NCBI GenBank assembly: GCA_910588465.1
Contig: CAJUOP010000007.1
Location: forward strand, 20,462 to 84,461
Source of the DNA: an uncultured Christensenellaceae bacterium
GTDB lineage: Bacteria > Bacillota > Clostridia > Christensenellales > Borkfalkiaceae
Length of the DNA stretch: 64,000 nt
Direction: 5' to 3'
Shown here one piece after another: positions 27,076 to 36,847 of this stretch; position 1 is the stretch's first letter, and each line of letters begins with the position of its first letter. The translations under genes were made by a program, and so were the position numbers. The notes beneath the pieces are model-generated. The model was not told the DNA's origin. It ran no database searches and saw only the letters and a program-made list of their open reading frames with translations.

Positions 27076-30000
27076 TTATATGACGGTATCTCCACCCAAA
27101 CGCGATTCCACTTCGGACAGCTTTACCGAAACGATTTTGGAAACGCCCTTTTCCTCCATGGTAACGCCGAAAAGCGTGTCCGCCTGATTCATGGTGGGCT
27201 TTCTGTGCGTGATCACGATAAACTGCGTATCCTGCGAGAACTTCTTTAAATATTTCGCAAACCGACCCACGTTCGCTTCGTCGAGCGCGGCTTCGATTTC
27301 GTCGAGAATACAGAAGGGCATGGGGCGCGTCTTTAAAATAGCGAACAGAATGGCGATCGCCGTAAACGCCCGCTCTCCGCCCGAAAGCAGCGATATTTTT
27401 GTCAGCTTTTTGCCGGGAGGGCACGCCACGATTTCCACGCCCGCGTTGAGCGGATCGTCGCAATTTTCGTAATCGAGCTGCATTTCGGCTTTTCCGCCGC
27501 CGAACAGCTCTTTGAAAATCTGCGTAAAGCTCTGGTTGATCGAATTGAACCCGTCGTCGAACTGCTTCTGCATTTCCGTTTTCAGCTGTTCGAGCACCGA
27601 GGTAAGGTCGAGGATTCCCTTGTCCAGGTCCTCTTTCTGCGTCTGCATTTCGGTATAGCGCGAAAGCAGCTGGTCGTAATCCTCCTCCGCGTTCATGTTG
27701 ATATTGCCGAGCGCGGATATCTTATGCTTCAAGCTGTTGATCGCGGAAGTCGACTGCGACACGTCGTAATTTTCGTCGCGCAGTTCCTTTGCCGTCTCTT
27801 CGGTAAGCCCGTACGCCTCCGAAATGCGCTGGCGCATATTTTCGAGGTTGGTTTCCGCCTTGGAAATTTCGATTTCGCTGGCGTGCTTCTCCTCACTCAG
27901 CGTGTACTGGCAGGAAAGCAGCGTGCGCTTTTCCTCGTCGATTTTAATTTGCCGTTCTGCTTCCGCGCGCTTGTCCACGTGCAGCTTTTCCACCTGCTCG
28001 CGGAGCGCGGCGACGGTGCGCTTTTCGTCCTCGGTGAGTACGATCTCCTCTTCCTGCACTTTCAGCTTTTCCACTTCCTGCTCGGCAACCGCCATCGCCT
28101 TGCGCGTTTCTTCCACCTTTATGCGGATGTGCTCCTTTTCGCGCTGCAAGCGGAATACGTTCTGCTCCTCCGCTTCGCAAGCGGACGCGATCGCCGCGCT
28201 CTCCACCTGCAATTCGTGCAGCTGCTTCGAGAGCACGTCGCGCTCGGCGCGCAGCTTGTCCGCCTCCGCCTGACGAGCGGAAATTTCCGCCGCCGCTTCC
28301 GAACGGATCTTGTTGAGCAGATCCTCGCTTTCCGCCGAGGACAGCACCTCGTTTTCCAGACTTTCCGCCCGCTGCGAAAGCTGCTCCAACAGGGAAGTGT
28401 ATTCCGCAACGTCGTGCGAAGCCTCCTGCAAGAGCGTGTCGAGCGTGCTCTCCTTTTGCGCCAGCGCGGCAAAATTCGCCGTTTGCCGCTGGACCTCCAC
28501 GCGGAATTTTTCCTGATTTTCGCGCGCGGCGTTCAGGTCGTTTTCGCAATCCTCGAGGGCGGCTTTCAGCTTGGACAAAAGCGCCTGCTTTTGCGCGATC
28601 TGCCCCTCGCATTCCTTGATTCTGCGCTCGCCCGCAAGCAGGTTGCCGCTGTCGCGCCTGTGCGAGCCGCCCGTCATTGCGCCCGAGGTCGCGATGGTAT
28701 CGCCGTCGAGCGTGACGATTTTAAACGCGCGGGCGTACTTTTTGGCAATGCGCGTCGCGCTGGCGATATTATCGCACACGAGCGTGTTTCCCAAAAGATT
28801 TTTAATGACGTTCTCGTAATAGCCGTCGTACTTTACCAAATCGTTGGCAAGCCCCAGCGCGCCCTCTTCCTTTAAGGCGTTTAATATCTCGCGGCTGTCC
28901 CCGCGGGCGCGCATGGTTTCCACGGGCAGAAAGGTGACGATGCCCCCGCCCGTCCGCTTTAAATATTCGATGAGATCGCGTGCGTCGTTCGCCGTGGCGG
29001 TCACAAGGTTTTGCATCGCGCCGCCGAACGCCGTTTCGATGGCGGCTTCGTATTTCGCTTCGGTGGACACGATATCTGCGATCGCGCCCTTGATTTTAGC
29101 TCCGAGCTCGGGCTTCTCCTTTGCGGTAAGCTGCAATTTCCGCACCGAATCGCGGTAGCCGTCGAAGCGGTTTTTCAAATCGCGGTACAGCTCGAGGTTG
29201 TGCGAAAGGTTGGCAATGGAGGTATTGCAGGAGACGATATCCTCCGTAAGCTTCTGGCGGGAGCGCGAGAGGTCCGCAACCGTTTCGGAAAGTTCCTCCT
29301 GTCTTGCGCCCTCTTCGTCCAAAAACGTTTCGCAGGCGGCTTTCTGCGCCTTGCACTCCTCCGCCTCGCGCGAGAACTCCGCCTCGCGCAGCTTCGCCTT
29401 TTCGATCGCCGCGCGCACCTCGCGGATCCGCTCGCTCGTGGCGTCCTTTTTCGCCGAAAGGCTTCCCGCCGCCGCGCGCACGTCCGCAAGGTTTTCCACC
29501 GACGAAAGCTCGCTTTCGCGCTTTTCGCGCGAGATCCGCTCGTATGCTTCTACCCGAGCGTCCGCTTCGCGCAGCTTTCCGGAAAGCAGGGCGCCCTCCT
29601 TTTCGATCTCCTTGGCGCGCTTTACACCCTCCGCCTTTTTCTTTTCGCTCGCCGCGACCGAATCGTCGATTTCAAGCGAACGGCGCAGAGAATATTCCAC
29701 GTCGTCCGAGGCGCGCGAGAGCTGGGTGCGGTAAGAGCGTATCTGCTCGTCGATGACTTTCGCTTCGCCGCTCTTGCGTTCCAGCCCCACCTCAAACACG
29801 CGCAGCTTATCGTTTACGCCGCGCAACCGCTCGTCCGCTTCCAACACGGTTTCGCGCGACTTGCGCTCGTCCATATCCAACTCGGTAAGGCGGAGCTCCA
29901 CCTCCTGCAACCGCTCGTCCGCGCGGCGGATCTTTTCGCGGTGCTTGTCCGTTTCGGCGGTGAACGATTCCGACCGAACGAGATATGTATTTACCTCTTC

Positions 30001-30672
30001 GTATTGCAGCCGTCCCGAATACTCGCGGTATTTCTTCGCCGTTTCCGCCTGCTTTTCCAGAGGGCGGAGCTGATTTTCCGCTTCGTCCATTCTCTGCACG
30101 AACACGGTTAAATTGTCCTTCGCGTTTTCGAGCTTGCGCTCGATCTCACCCTTTTGCGACTTGAACTTCATTACGCCCGTCGCTTCCTCGAAGATGGCGC
30201 GCCGATCCTCTGGCTTGGCGTTCATGATCTGTTCCACCTTGCCCTGACCGATAATAGAGTAGCCCTCTTTTCCGATGCCCACGCCGTGCAGCAGCGCGAC
30301 GATATCCTTTAAGCGACACGCCTGTTTGTTGAGCAGATATTCGCTTTCGCCCGAACGGTACAGGCGGCGCGTCATGGCGACCTCTTCGTAGTCGATATCG
30401 AACAGGCGGGCGCTGTTGTCGAACACCAACGTCACCTCGCAGTAAGAGAGCGCGCGGCGCGATTCCGTGCCGTTAAAAATGACGTCCTGCATACTCGTTC
30501 CGCGCAGCGTCTTTGCGGACTGCTCGCCCAGCACCCAGCGCACGGCGTCCGCAACGTTGCTCTTTCCGCACCCGTTGGGTCCTACGATACAGGTTACCCC
30601 GTCGTCGAATTTTACCGAGGTTTTGTCCGCAAACGATTTAAACCCCACAAGTTGTATTTCTTTAAAATTCAA
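27076..30672 (-). CDS. smc: chromosome segregation protein SMC
   Basis: 1198 aa. It has Walker A GPNGCGKSN, long coiled coils, a hinge, the signature LSGGERA and Walker B CILDEIEAALD. Confidence 0.95.
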   Translation of the reverse strand: MNFKEIQLVGFKSFADKTSVKFDDGVTCIVGPNGCGKSNVADAVRWVLGEQSAKTLRGTSMQDVIFNGTESRRALSYCEVTLVFDNSARLFDIDYEEVAMTRRLYRSGESEYLLNKQACRLKDIVALLHGVGIGKEGYSIIGQGKVEQIMNAKPEDRRAIFEEATGVMKFKSQKGEIERKLENAKDNLTVFVQRMDEAENQLRPLEKQAETAKKYREYSGRLQYEEVNTYLVRSESFTAETDKHREKIRRADERLQEVELRLTELDMDERKSRETVLEADERLRGVNDKLRVFEVGLERKSGEAKVIDEQIRSYRTQLSRASDDVEYSLRRSLEIDDSVAASEKKKAEGVKRAKEIEKEGALLSGKLREADARVEAYERISREKRESELSSVENLADVRAAAGSLSAKKDATSERIREVRAAIEKAKLREAEFSREAEECKAQKAACETFLDEEGARQEELSETVADLSRSRQKLTEDIVSCNTSIANLSHNLELYRDLKNRFDGYRDSVRKLQLTAKEKPELGAKIKGAIADIVSTEAKYEAAIETAFGGAMQNLVTATANDARDLIEYLKRTGGGIVTFLPVETMRARGDSREILNALKEEGALGLANDLVKYDGYYENVIKNLLGNTLVCDNIASATRIAKKYARAFKIVTLDGDTIATSGAMTGGSHRRDSGNLLAGERRIKECEGQIAQKQALLSKLKAALEDCENDLNAARENQEKFRVEVQRQTANFAALAQKESTLDTLLQEASHDVAEYTSLLEQLSQRAESLENEVLSSAESEDLLNKIRSEAAAEISARQAEADKLRAERDVLSKQLHELQVESAAIASACEAEEQNVFRLQREKEHIRIKVEETRKAMAVAEQEVEKLKVQEEEIVLTEDEKRTVAALREQVEKLHVDKRAEAERQIKIDEEKRTLLSCQYTLSEEKHASEIEISKAETNLENMRQRISEAYGLTEETAKELRDENYDVSQSTSAINSLKHKISALGNINMNAEEDYDQLLSRYTEMQTQKEDLDKGILDLTSVLEQLKTEMQKQFDDGFNSINQSFTQIFKELFGGGKAEMQLDYENCDDPLNAGVEIVACPPGKKLTKISLLSGGERAFTAIAILFAILKTRPMPFCILDEIEAALDEANVGRFAKYLKKFSQDTQFIVITHRKPTMNQADTLFGVTMEEKGVSKIVSVKLSEVESRLGGDTVI

Positions 30673-31340
30673 TTCGATTCCCTCGCTAAAAGTTGATACA
30701 GTGCTTTCGCCGCCGCTTTCTCCGCGGCTTTTTTAAACTTCGCCCGCCCCGTCGCGCTTACGCCCAGCGCGCTTGCCGTGCAGACGTATTCTCCGTTTTC
30801 CTCGCGTCCCGTATATAAAACCGCCTTGCCGCCGCCCTGCCTTATCTTACTCTGCACGAGCTCCTGCAACAGCGAGCGGTAATTTTTATCCTCTACGCGC
30901 ACCGCGAACGTTAAGATAAATTCGCTTGCGGCTTTCAGTCCGCCGTCCAGATATATCCCCGCGGCGACCGCCTCGAACAAGCTCGAAGCCGTCTTGCCGC
31001 GCACGTTCTCCTCGCCGCCCGAAAAGCGCAAAAACCGCATGAGATCCGCCCGCTTTTCGCTTTGCGTAAGCGCAGTCTGAGAAACGTATTCCTGCCGCAC
31101 GTCCGTCAGCTCGCCCTCGTCGAAGGAGCGGAAATTCAAAAACAAATTTTCCGAAACGCAAAGCCCGAGCACCGCGTCGCCCAAAAATTCCAGCCGTTCG
31201 TTGCTCGCTTCGTTGTTTCCGTTCGCGTAGCTCGAATGGGTGAAGCACCGCTTTAACAGCTCCTTATCCTCAAACGTATATCCGATCGCCCGCTCGGCTT
31301 TTGCAGCCGTCTCGGCGGTCCAGTCCTCTCCGCTTCTCAT
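30669..31340 (-). CDS. rnc: ribonuclease III
   Basis: It has the RNase III signature ERLEFLGDAVLG and a C-terminal dsRBD. I chose the ATG at 31340, which overlaps the plsX stop (ATGA). The N-terminal 32 aa of the track ORF overlap plsX and look spurious. Confidence 0.9.
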   Translation of the reverse strand: MRSGEDWTAETAAKAERAIGYTFEDKELLKRCFTHSSYANGNNEASNERLEFLGDAVLGLCVSENLFLNFRSFDEGELTDVRQEYVSQTALTQSEKRADLMRFLRFSGGEENVRGKTASSLFEAVAAGIYLDGGLKAASEFILTFAVRVEDKNYRSLLQELVQSKIRQGGGKAVLYTGREENGEYVCTASALGVSATGRAKFKKAAEKAAAKALYQLLARESN

Positions 31341-32359
31341 TCCTGCTCCGCGGCGATTTCCGTTTCCAGCCGAGCGGATATTTCGCCGATCAGATTTCCG
31401 CGGCAAGCGTCCACAGCCTGTATCACGGACGGACAAATGCTCTTCGCCTTACTCGACCCGTGCGACTTGACGACCACCTTTTTCAGCCCCAAAAACACCG
31501 AGCCGCCGTAACGCGAATAATCGAGCGCGGTTGTCAGCTTGCCGATATATTTGCGCGCGCGCAGATACGCGAGCTTCCCGCCCAGCGAGGAGGCGAAAGA
31601 CGAGCGCAGCACCGTTGCGACCATCTTTCCGCAGCCCTCTATGGATTTGAGCGCCACGTTGCCGGAAAAGCCGTCGCTTACCACCACGTCCACGTCTCCG
31701 TACATGATATCGCGCCCCTCCACGTTGCCCGCGAATTCGATCCCCGCGGTTTGCTTTAACAGCGCGTAAGCCTCCTGATGCAGAGGATCGCCCTTATGCT
31801 CCTCCGTCCCGTTGGAAAGCAACCCCACATGCGGCTTTTCCATCTCGAACGCCGTTTTGCCGTAAACGCTCGCCATGAGGGCGAACTGCGAAAGATACGC
31901 GGGCTTGCACTCCGCATTCGCGCCGCAGTCGCAAAGCAAGGTTTGCGTGCCGCGCACGTTGGGAAGCGCGGGGCACAGCGCGGGACGGTGAACGCCCTTA
32001 ATGCGCCCCACAAGCATAACTCCGCCCGTGAGCACCGCGCCCGTAGACCCTGCGGAAACAAACCCGCCCGCTTCTTCGTCCTCTTTTAAAAGCCTCAGCC
32101 CCACCACGAGCGAGCTGTCCTTTTTCGTGCGGACGGCGGAGGTGGGCACGTCGTCGTTGGTGATCGTTTCCGCGCAGTCGACCACTTCCACGCGCGAAGC
32201 GTCGTATTTGTATTTTTTCAGTTCGGCGGCAACCGCCTTTTCCATTCCCGTAAAGACGAGCTTAAAATCCTTTCTCTCGCGCAGCGCTTGCAGCGCGCCC
32301 TTTACGATTTCTGCGGGCGCGTTGTCTCCGCCCATGGCGTCTACGATAATTTTTAACAT
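31337..32359 (-). CDS. plsX: phosphate acyltransferase PlsX
   Basis: The protein starts MLKIIVDAMGGDNAP. The ATG at 32359 is preceded by AGGAGA. Confidence 0.93.
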   Translation of the reverse strand: MLKIIVDAMGGDNAPAEIVKGALQALRERKDFKLVFTGMEKAVAAELKKYKYDASRVEVVDCAETITNDDVPTSAVRTKKDSSLVVGLRLLKEDEEAGGFVSAGSTGAVLTGGVMLVGRIKGVHRPALCPALPNVRGTQTLLCDCGANAECKPAYLSQFALMASVYGKTAFEMEKPHVGLLSNGTEEHKGDPLHQEAYALLKQTAGIEFAGNVEGRDIMYGDVDVVVSDGFSGNVALKSIEGCGKMVATVLRSSFASSLGGKLAYLRARKYIGKLTTALDYSRYGGSVFLGLKKVVVKSHGSSKAKSICPSVIQAVDACRGNLIGEISARLETEIAAEQE

Positions 32360-32487
32360 AATTTCTCCTGTACGAAAACGACAGTACAAAACCGATTATA
32401 CCATTTTTTCCGCAAAAACACAATTCTTTCGTTGGCGGAAAGCAAAATTTTTTTATTTCGCGCCTTTCCCGCGCGCGAAAAACCTTC

Positions 32488-33606
32488 TTATTCGCGCTCC
32501 ACGCGCACCACGGGCTCGTATTCGCCCATCACGCGCACGGCGCGCTCGATCGTCTTTTGTATCTCCTCGTCCTTTTGCGGGCAGGAATAGGGAACCCCCG
32601 CCTCGAAAATCACTTTGATCTGCGCCCCGCGCACCAGGCGGAAATCGTGCAGGTCGATCTCCTCGAACATTCCCTCGACGGCGGCGCGGATGCGCGTTTC
32701 CAGCTCCAACGCTTCCGAATCGTTTAAATCGACGGGATCGAAGTGCGCGGTCAGCTCCACGCCCGTTTCCTCCAATACGCCGCGCTCCACGCGGTCGAGA
32801 TAGGAATGCGTGACTGCCGCGGGAAGGTTAGCGTCCGCCTCGATATGCGCGGTGGCATAGTAACGGTCGCGCCCGAAGCGGTACACGCGCAGATCGTGCA
32901 CGCCGATGATCCCCTCCCCGTTTAAAATAACCGCGCGGATTTTCTCGATCGTTTCGGGGTCGGGCGCAACGCCCAGCAGCTTGGTGCCCGCATCGCGCAA
33001 AACGCTTATCCCCTCCCACGCGATAAACAGCGCCACCACCAGCCCCGCGTAGCCGTCCGCCGCGATCCCGTAATGCGAAAGCAGCAAGCCGGCGCCCACC
33101 GCAAAGGTGGCAAGGCAGTCGCAGGCGCTGTCCGTTGCCGCCGCCTTTAAGGTGTCCGAACCGATTTTTTTCGCGGTGACGGAATACAAAAAAAACATTC
33201 CCGCCTTCACCGCAACCGAAACACCCAAAAGAACGTACACGAACACGTTTCCCTGCGAAAGTCCGCCGTCCGCGATTTTCCCGATCGACTCGCGCAACAG
33301 CTCCGCTGCGAGCAGTAAAATCAAAAACGAAATGATCATCGAAGCGACGTACTCCGCCCGCTGATGTCCGTAGGGGTGCTCCTTATCCGCGGGCTTTTGC
33401 GAAATGCGGAAGGAAACGAGCGAAACCGCCCCGCTGCCGCAGTCGCTCAAATTGTTCAGTCCGTCCGCAACGAGCGAGACCAGCGAGGTAAAGATGCCGA
33501 GCACGATTTTTGCGACCGCCAGCAAAAAATTGAGTGCGATGCCCGCAAGCGAAACCAAGCTTCCCCGCTTACCGCGCGCCGATTCGTTTCGATTCAAGTT
33601 TTCCAT
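32488..33606 (-). CDS. cation diffusion facilitator family transporter
   Basis: It has six TM helices and a C-terminal cytoplasmic domain with the typical CDF layout. I chose the start at MENLNRNE (33606). The longer track ORF runs into the divergent mazF promoter region. Confidence 0.85.
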   Translation of the reverse strand: MENLNRNESARGKRGSLVSLAGIALNFLLAVAKIVLGIFTSLVSLVADGLNNLSDCGSGAVSLVSFRISQKPADKEHPYGHQRAEYVASMIISFLILLLAAELLRESIGKIADGGLSQGNVFVYVLLGVSVAVKAGMFFLYSVTAKKIGSDTLKAAATDSACDCLATFAVGAGLLLSHYGIAADGYAGLVVALFIAWEGISVLRDAGTKLLGVAPDPETIEKIRAVILNGEGIIGVHDLRVYRFGRDRYYATAHIEADANLPAAVTHSYLDRVERGVLEETGVELTAHFDPVDLNDSEALELETRIRAAVEGMFEEIDLHDFRLVRGAQIKVIFEAGVPYSCPQKDEEIQKTIERAVRVMGEYEPVVRVERE

Positions 33607-33770
33607 ATGCAACATTATACACAATAAATAAATTTTTGTCATACGTTTGACGGAAATTATTTCTTTTGCGGTATAATCGGAACAAGTTCGGGCGATAAAA
33701 AATATGTGAGCAAATATTTCGGTTGTTACATAAAATGATAGCGGAGGGTGTTTGTTCACAAAGGAGAAAT

Positions 33771-34127
33771 ATGAACGTTAAACGAGGAGAACTTTACTAT
33801 GCCGACCTCTCTCCCGTGGTGGGGAGCGAGCAGGGCGGCGTGCGCCCCGTTCTTGTGGTGCAGAACGACACGGGGAACAAATATTCCCCCACGGTGATCG
33901 CGGCGGCGGTCACAAGCAGGATACACAAGGCAAAGCTGCCGACGCATATCGAACTGCCCTCCGCGTTCGGGCTTGCCAAGGACAGCGTGATCCTGCTCGA
34001 GCAGATCCGCACGATAGACAAAAAACGGCTGATGTCGCGGATCGGCGAGCTTCCGCCTTCCACCATGTCGCGCGTAAACCGCGCCATTTTAATAAGTCTC
34101 GGCTTCGACGGCTACTACCGCGCATAA
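33771..34127 (+). CDS. mazF: MazF/EndoA (NdoA)-type endoribonuclease toxin
   Basis: [62 protein letters not shown]...[17 protein letters not shown] follows nearly the same pattern as B. subtilis EndoA. AAGGAG lies 6 nt upstream of the ATG at 33771. Confidence 0.88.
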   Translation: MNVKRGELYYADLSPVVGSEQGGVRPVLVVQNDTGNKYSPTVIAAAVTSRIHKAKLPTHIELPSAFGLAKDSVILLEQIRTIDKKRLMSRIGELPPSTMSRVNRAILISLGFDGYYRA

Positions 34128-34186
34128 TTTCCGCCCGCCGAATTTTTTCACCCGCCCCCTTTTCTCCGCCTCGGCGGTAATCATAT

Positions 34187-34215
34187 CCCGAAAAAACGAG
34201 ACTCGTTTTTTCGGG
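34187..34215 (+). terminator. hairpin downstream of mazF
   Basis: The sequence is CCCGAAAAAAC-GAGACTC-GTTTTTTCGGG. Confidence 0.5.
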
Positions 34216-34229
34216 AACATTACAAAAAC

Positions 34230-34258
34230 GCGCCCCGACGCACGATGCGTCGGGGCGC
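34230..34258 (-). terminator. intrinsic terminator of the isomerase/pgm operon
   Basis: The sequence is GCGCCCCGACGCA-CGA-TGCGTCGGGGCGC. On the minus strand it is followed by GTTTTTGT. Confidence 0.6.
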
Positions 34259-34277
34259 TGTATTTGCTCTTTCTCAT

Positions 34278-35066
34278 TTACGAATACTTTTCCGACTTTT
34301 CCGCAAGGAAATCGTATGCAGATTTCAGCTCGCCTAAATCTTTGTAATCCCCCGCGTAATTTTCGATGATCGCCGCGCCCGTAAATCCCTCGCCGCGCAG
34401 CATACGGAACAGCTCGTCGAAGTCAAACGAGCCCCGCCCCGCAAGGCAAAGCTTTCCGTCCGTCGTAATATCGCTCACGTGCACGTGCGAAATCGCGCCG
34501 CCCATCTCCCGCAGGTACTCCCTGTAATCGTACCCCGAAATGCGTGCCTGCTTGATATCGAGCACGCCCTTTAACTTCGGACAGCGCGCCTTTATCTCGC
34601 GGAAGAGCCCTGGTCGGTTATAAAACGCCCACTCCACGTTTTCCAGACAAAGCGAAACGCCGAAGCGTTCGCAATGCTCCGCGATCTCCCGCGTGAGCTC
34701 CGCCGTGCGAGGGACGTCCTCGCGAAAGGTGCGTTTAATACGGGCAAGCCCGTGAAAGGTGTAATTTTTCGCGCCCAGAATACGCGAGGAGGTCAGCACC
34801 TTGTCCAACAGGGAAAACGAGTCCGCCTTCACCCGCGGGTGCGCATTGTACAACTGGGGCTCGAACTGCGTGTTTAACACGTGAAAGGAGTTTACAAACA
34901 AATCTCCCCGCTTCACGTTCAACATTTCGGAAAAGGACGGCTCGTACTCGCTGAACGAAGTATAAAATACCTCCGCCGCCGCGATTTTCCATTCGGCGAA
35001 CAGCGCGAGCGCATCCTCGTTATACGGTCGGTTAAACAGCGTTGCCGTAGAAATTCCCGCGATCAT
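34278..35066 (-). CDS. sugar phosphate isomerase/epimerase (xylose isomerase-like TIM barrel)
   Basis: About 262 aa. Spaced motifs (FHG..., LENV, HVHVSD, IIEN) fit the AP-endonuclease-2/xylose-isomerase-like fold. I chose the start at MIAGIST. Confidence 0.7.
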   Translation of the reverse strand: MIAGISTATLFNRPYNEDALALFAEWKIAAAEVFYTSFSEYEPSFSEMLNVKRGDLFVNSFHVLNTQFEPQLYNAHPRVKADSFSLLDKVLTSSRILGAKNYTFHGLARIKRTFREDVPRTAELTREIAEHCERFGVSLCLENVEWAFYNRPGLFREIKARCPKLKGVLDIKQARISGYDYREYLREMGGAISHVHVSDITTDGKLCLAGRGSFDFDELFRMLRGEGFTGAAIIENYAGDYKDLGELKSAYDFLAEKSEKYS

Positions 35067-35111
35067 CTTTTCTCCCGAAAACACCCGCCGAATTTCGGCG
35101 GGCGGTCTTTT

Positions 35112-36833
35112 TTAATTCTCTTTTCCTAACAGCTCGGCAACCGATTTTTGGACTTTTGCTAAAATTCCGTTCGCCGACTCTTCGTCCTTTGCCTGAATCG
35201 AATAATAAATTTTCAGCTTGGGCTCCGTTCCCGAAGGGCGCACGCACACGAACGAACCGCCGCCCAGTTCGTAATACACGCAATTGCACTTGGGGATATT
35301 CAGGCTTTCCTCCTTACCGCAGGCGTCGCGGCGGATCCCCGCCGAATAATCGCGCACCGCCTGCACCGCAAACGGACCGATCGCGGCGACGCGCTTTTTC
35401 TTTAATCCGTCCACCACTGCGTTCATCTCCTTCATGGCGTTCAGCCCCGAATAGCCGATGGAAACGTTTTTATCGAGCACGAAGCCGTACTTTTGATAAA
35501 TTTCCTGCAAGCGCCCGTAAACGGTCTTGCCCAGATAGCGATAGTAACAAACCATTTCGGCGCAGAGCATGGAGGCTACCACCGCGTCTTTGTCCCGCGC
35601 GTGCGTTCCGCGCAGATATCCGCACGATTCCTCGAACCCGAATACGAACGTATGCGAGCCGTCCACCTCCCATTCCTTAATTTTTTCGCCGATGAATTTA
35701 AAGCCGACGGGCGTTTCGAACAACTCCGCGCCCGCGCCGTCGCACAGAGCCTTCGCCATGCCCGTCGTCACGAACGATTTTACCACCGCCGCGTTGGCAG
35801 GCAGCGCGTTTTCTTCCTTTAAGCGCGTTAAAATATAGTCGAGCAATAAAATCCCCGTCTGATTGCCCGAAAGCGCGATAAACTCGCCCTTATCGTCCCT
35901 CACGGCAACGCCGAGGCGGTCCGCGTCCGGATCGGTGCCGAATACGACGTCCGCGTCGATCCGATTCGCCAGCGCGATGCCCATCGAGAGTGTTTCTTTA
36001 AATTCGGGGTTGGGCACGGCGACCGTCGAAAATTCGGTATCCTTTTTCGTCTGCTCCTCGACCACCGTCACGTTGATCCCCAGCATTTTTAAAATGCGCG
36101 TCACGGGAAGAAAGCCCGAGCCGTGCACAGGAGTATAAACCAGCTTTAAATCCTTGCCGCATTTTTTGACAGCCTCTTGCGAGAGCGTTAAACGGGCAAG
36201 CTCTTTAAAATATTCCTCGTCTACCCCTTGGGGGACGGGCAAAATATACGGGCTGTTTTCCTCGCCCGAAACGGAGAGATAATCGGTAATTTTCCCGATG
36301 AACTCCACCACGGCGGCAGTCGCCTCGGGCGACATTTGCGCGCCGTCCTCGCCGTATACCTTATATCCGTTGTATTCCTTGGGATTGTGCGAGGCGGTTA
36401 TCATAATCCCCGCGACGGTATGCAGCTTCCGCACCGCGTACGAAAGCATGGGCACGGGGTGCACGTCCGAAAACAGATACGCCTTAATCTTGTTCGCGGC
36501 AAGCACCTCCGCCGCCTTGCGCGCAAACAGCTCGCTGCCCCGCCGCGTGTCGTAAGAAATCACCACGCCCCGCTCGGCGCCATCTTTGCCCAACGTCTTT
36601 ATGTACTCTGCAAGCCCCTGCGTGGCGCGCATCACCGTGCGGGCGTTCATCATGTTCATGCCGCAGCCGATAATGCCGCGCATTCCCGCCGTGCCGAAGG
36701 CGAGCTCTCCGCCGAAGCGGTATTCCTTCTGCTTTTCGTCGCCGCCGATCGCGGCAAGCTGCGCGCGCTCCTCTTGCGTAAGTCTGCCGTCTTTCAGCCA
36801 TGCTTCGTAATTTTCCTGATATCCCATATTCAC
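35112..36833 (-). CDS. phosphoglucomutase / phosphomannomutase family protein
   Basis: 573 aa. It has the active-site loop TASHNPKEYNGYK, the metal loop GTDPDADR, and GFEESCGY. Confidence 0.88.
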   Translation of the reverse strand: MNMGYQENYEAWLKDGRLTQEERAQLAAIGGDEKQKEYRFGGELAFGTAGMRGIIGCGMNMMNARTVMRATQGLAEYIKTLGKDGAERGVVISYDTRRGSELFARKAAEVLAANKIKAYLFSDVHPVPMLSYAVRKLHTVAGIMITASHNPKEYNGYKVYGEDGAQMSPEATAAVVEFIGKITDYLSVSGEENSPYILPVPQGVDEEYFKELARLTLSQEAVKKCGKDLKLVYTPVHGSGFLPVTRILKMLGINVTVVEEQTKKDTEFSTVAVPNPEFKETLSMGIALANRIDADVVFGTDPDADRLGVAVRDDKGEFIALSGNQTGILLLDYILTRLKEENALPANAAVVKSFVTTGMAKALCDGAGAELFETPVGFKFIGEKIKEWEVDGSHTFVFGFEESCGYLRGTHARDKDAVVASMLCAEMVCYYRYLGKTVYGRLQEIYQKYGFVLDKNVSIGYSGLNAMKEMNAVVDGLKKKRVAAIGPFAVQAVRDYSAGIRRDACGKEESLNIPKCNCVYYELGGGSFVCVRPSGTEPKLKIYYSIQAKDEESANGILAKVQKSVAELLGKEN

Positions 36834-36847
36834 TCCTTAAACCAAGC

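Noticed and set aside
31337-31340. Absence of fabD-fabG-acpP between plsX and rnc (ATGA overlap instead)
   Set aside because: It differs from the B. subtilis order. Gene-order variation of the fatty-acid genes is common among Clostridia, so I do not consider it noteworthy without comparative data.
34089-34277. 62-aa minus-strand ORF downstream of mazF as a candidate antitoxin
   Set aside because: It spans two terminator hairpins, has no SD and gives a low-complexity basic translation. It is convergent with mazF rather than co-transcribed with it.
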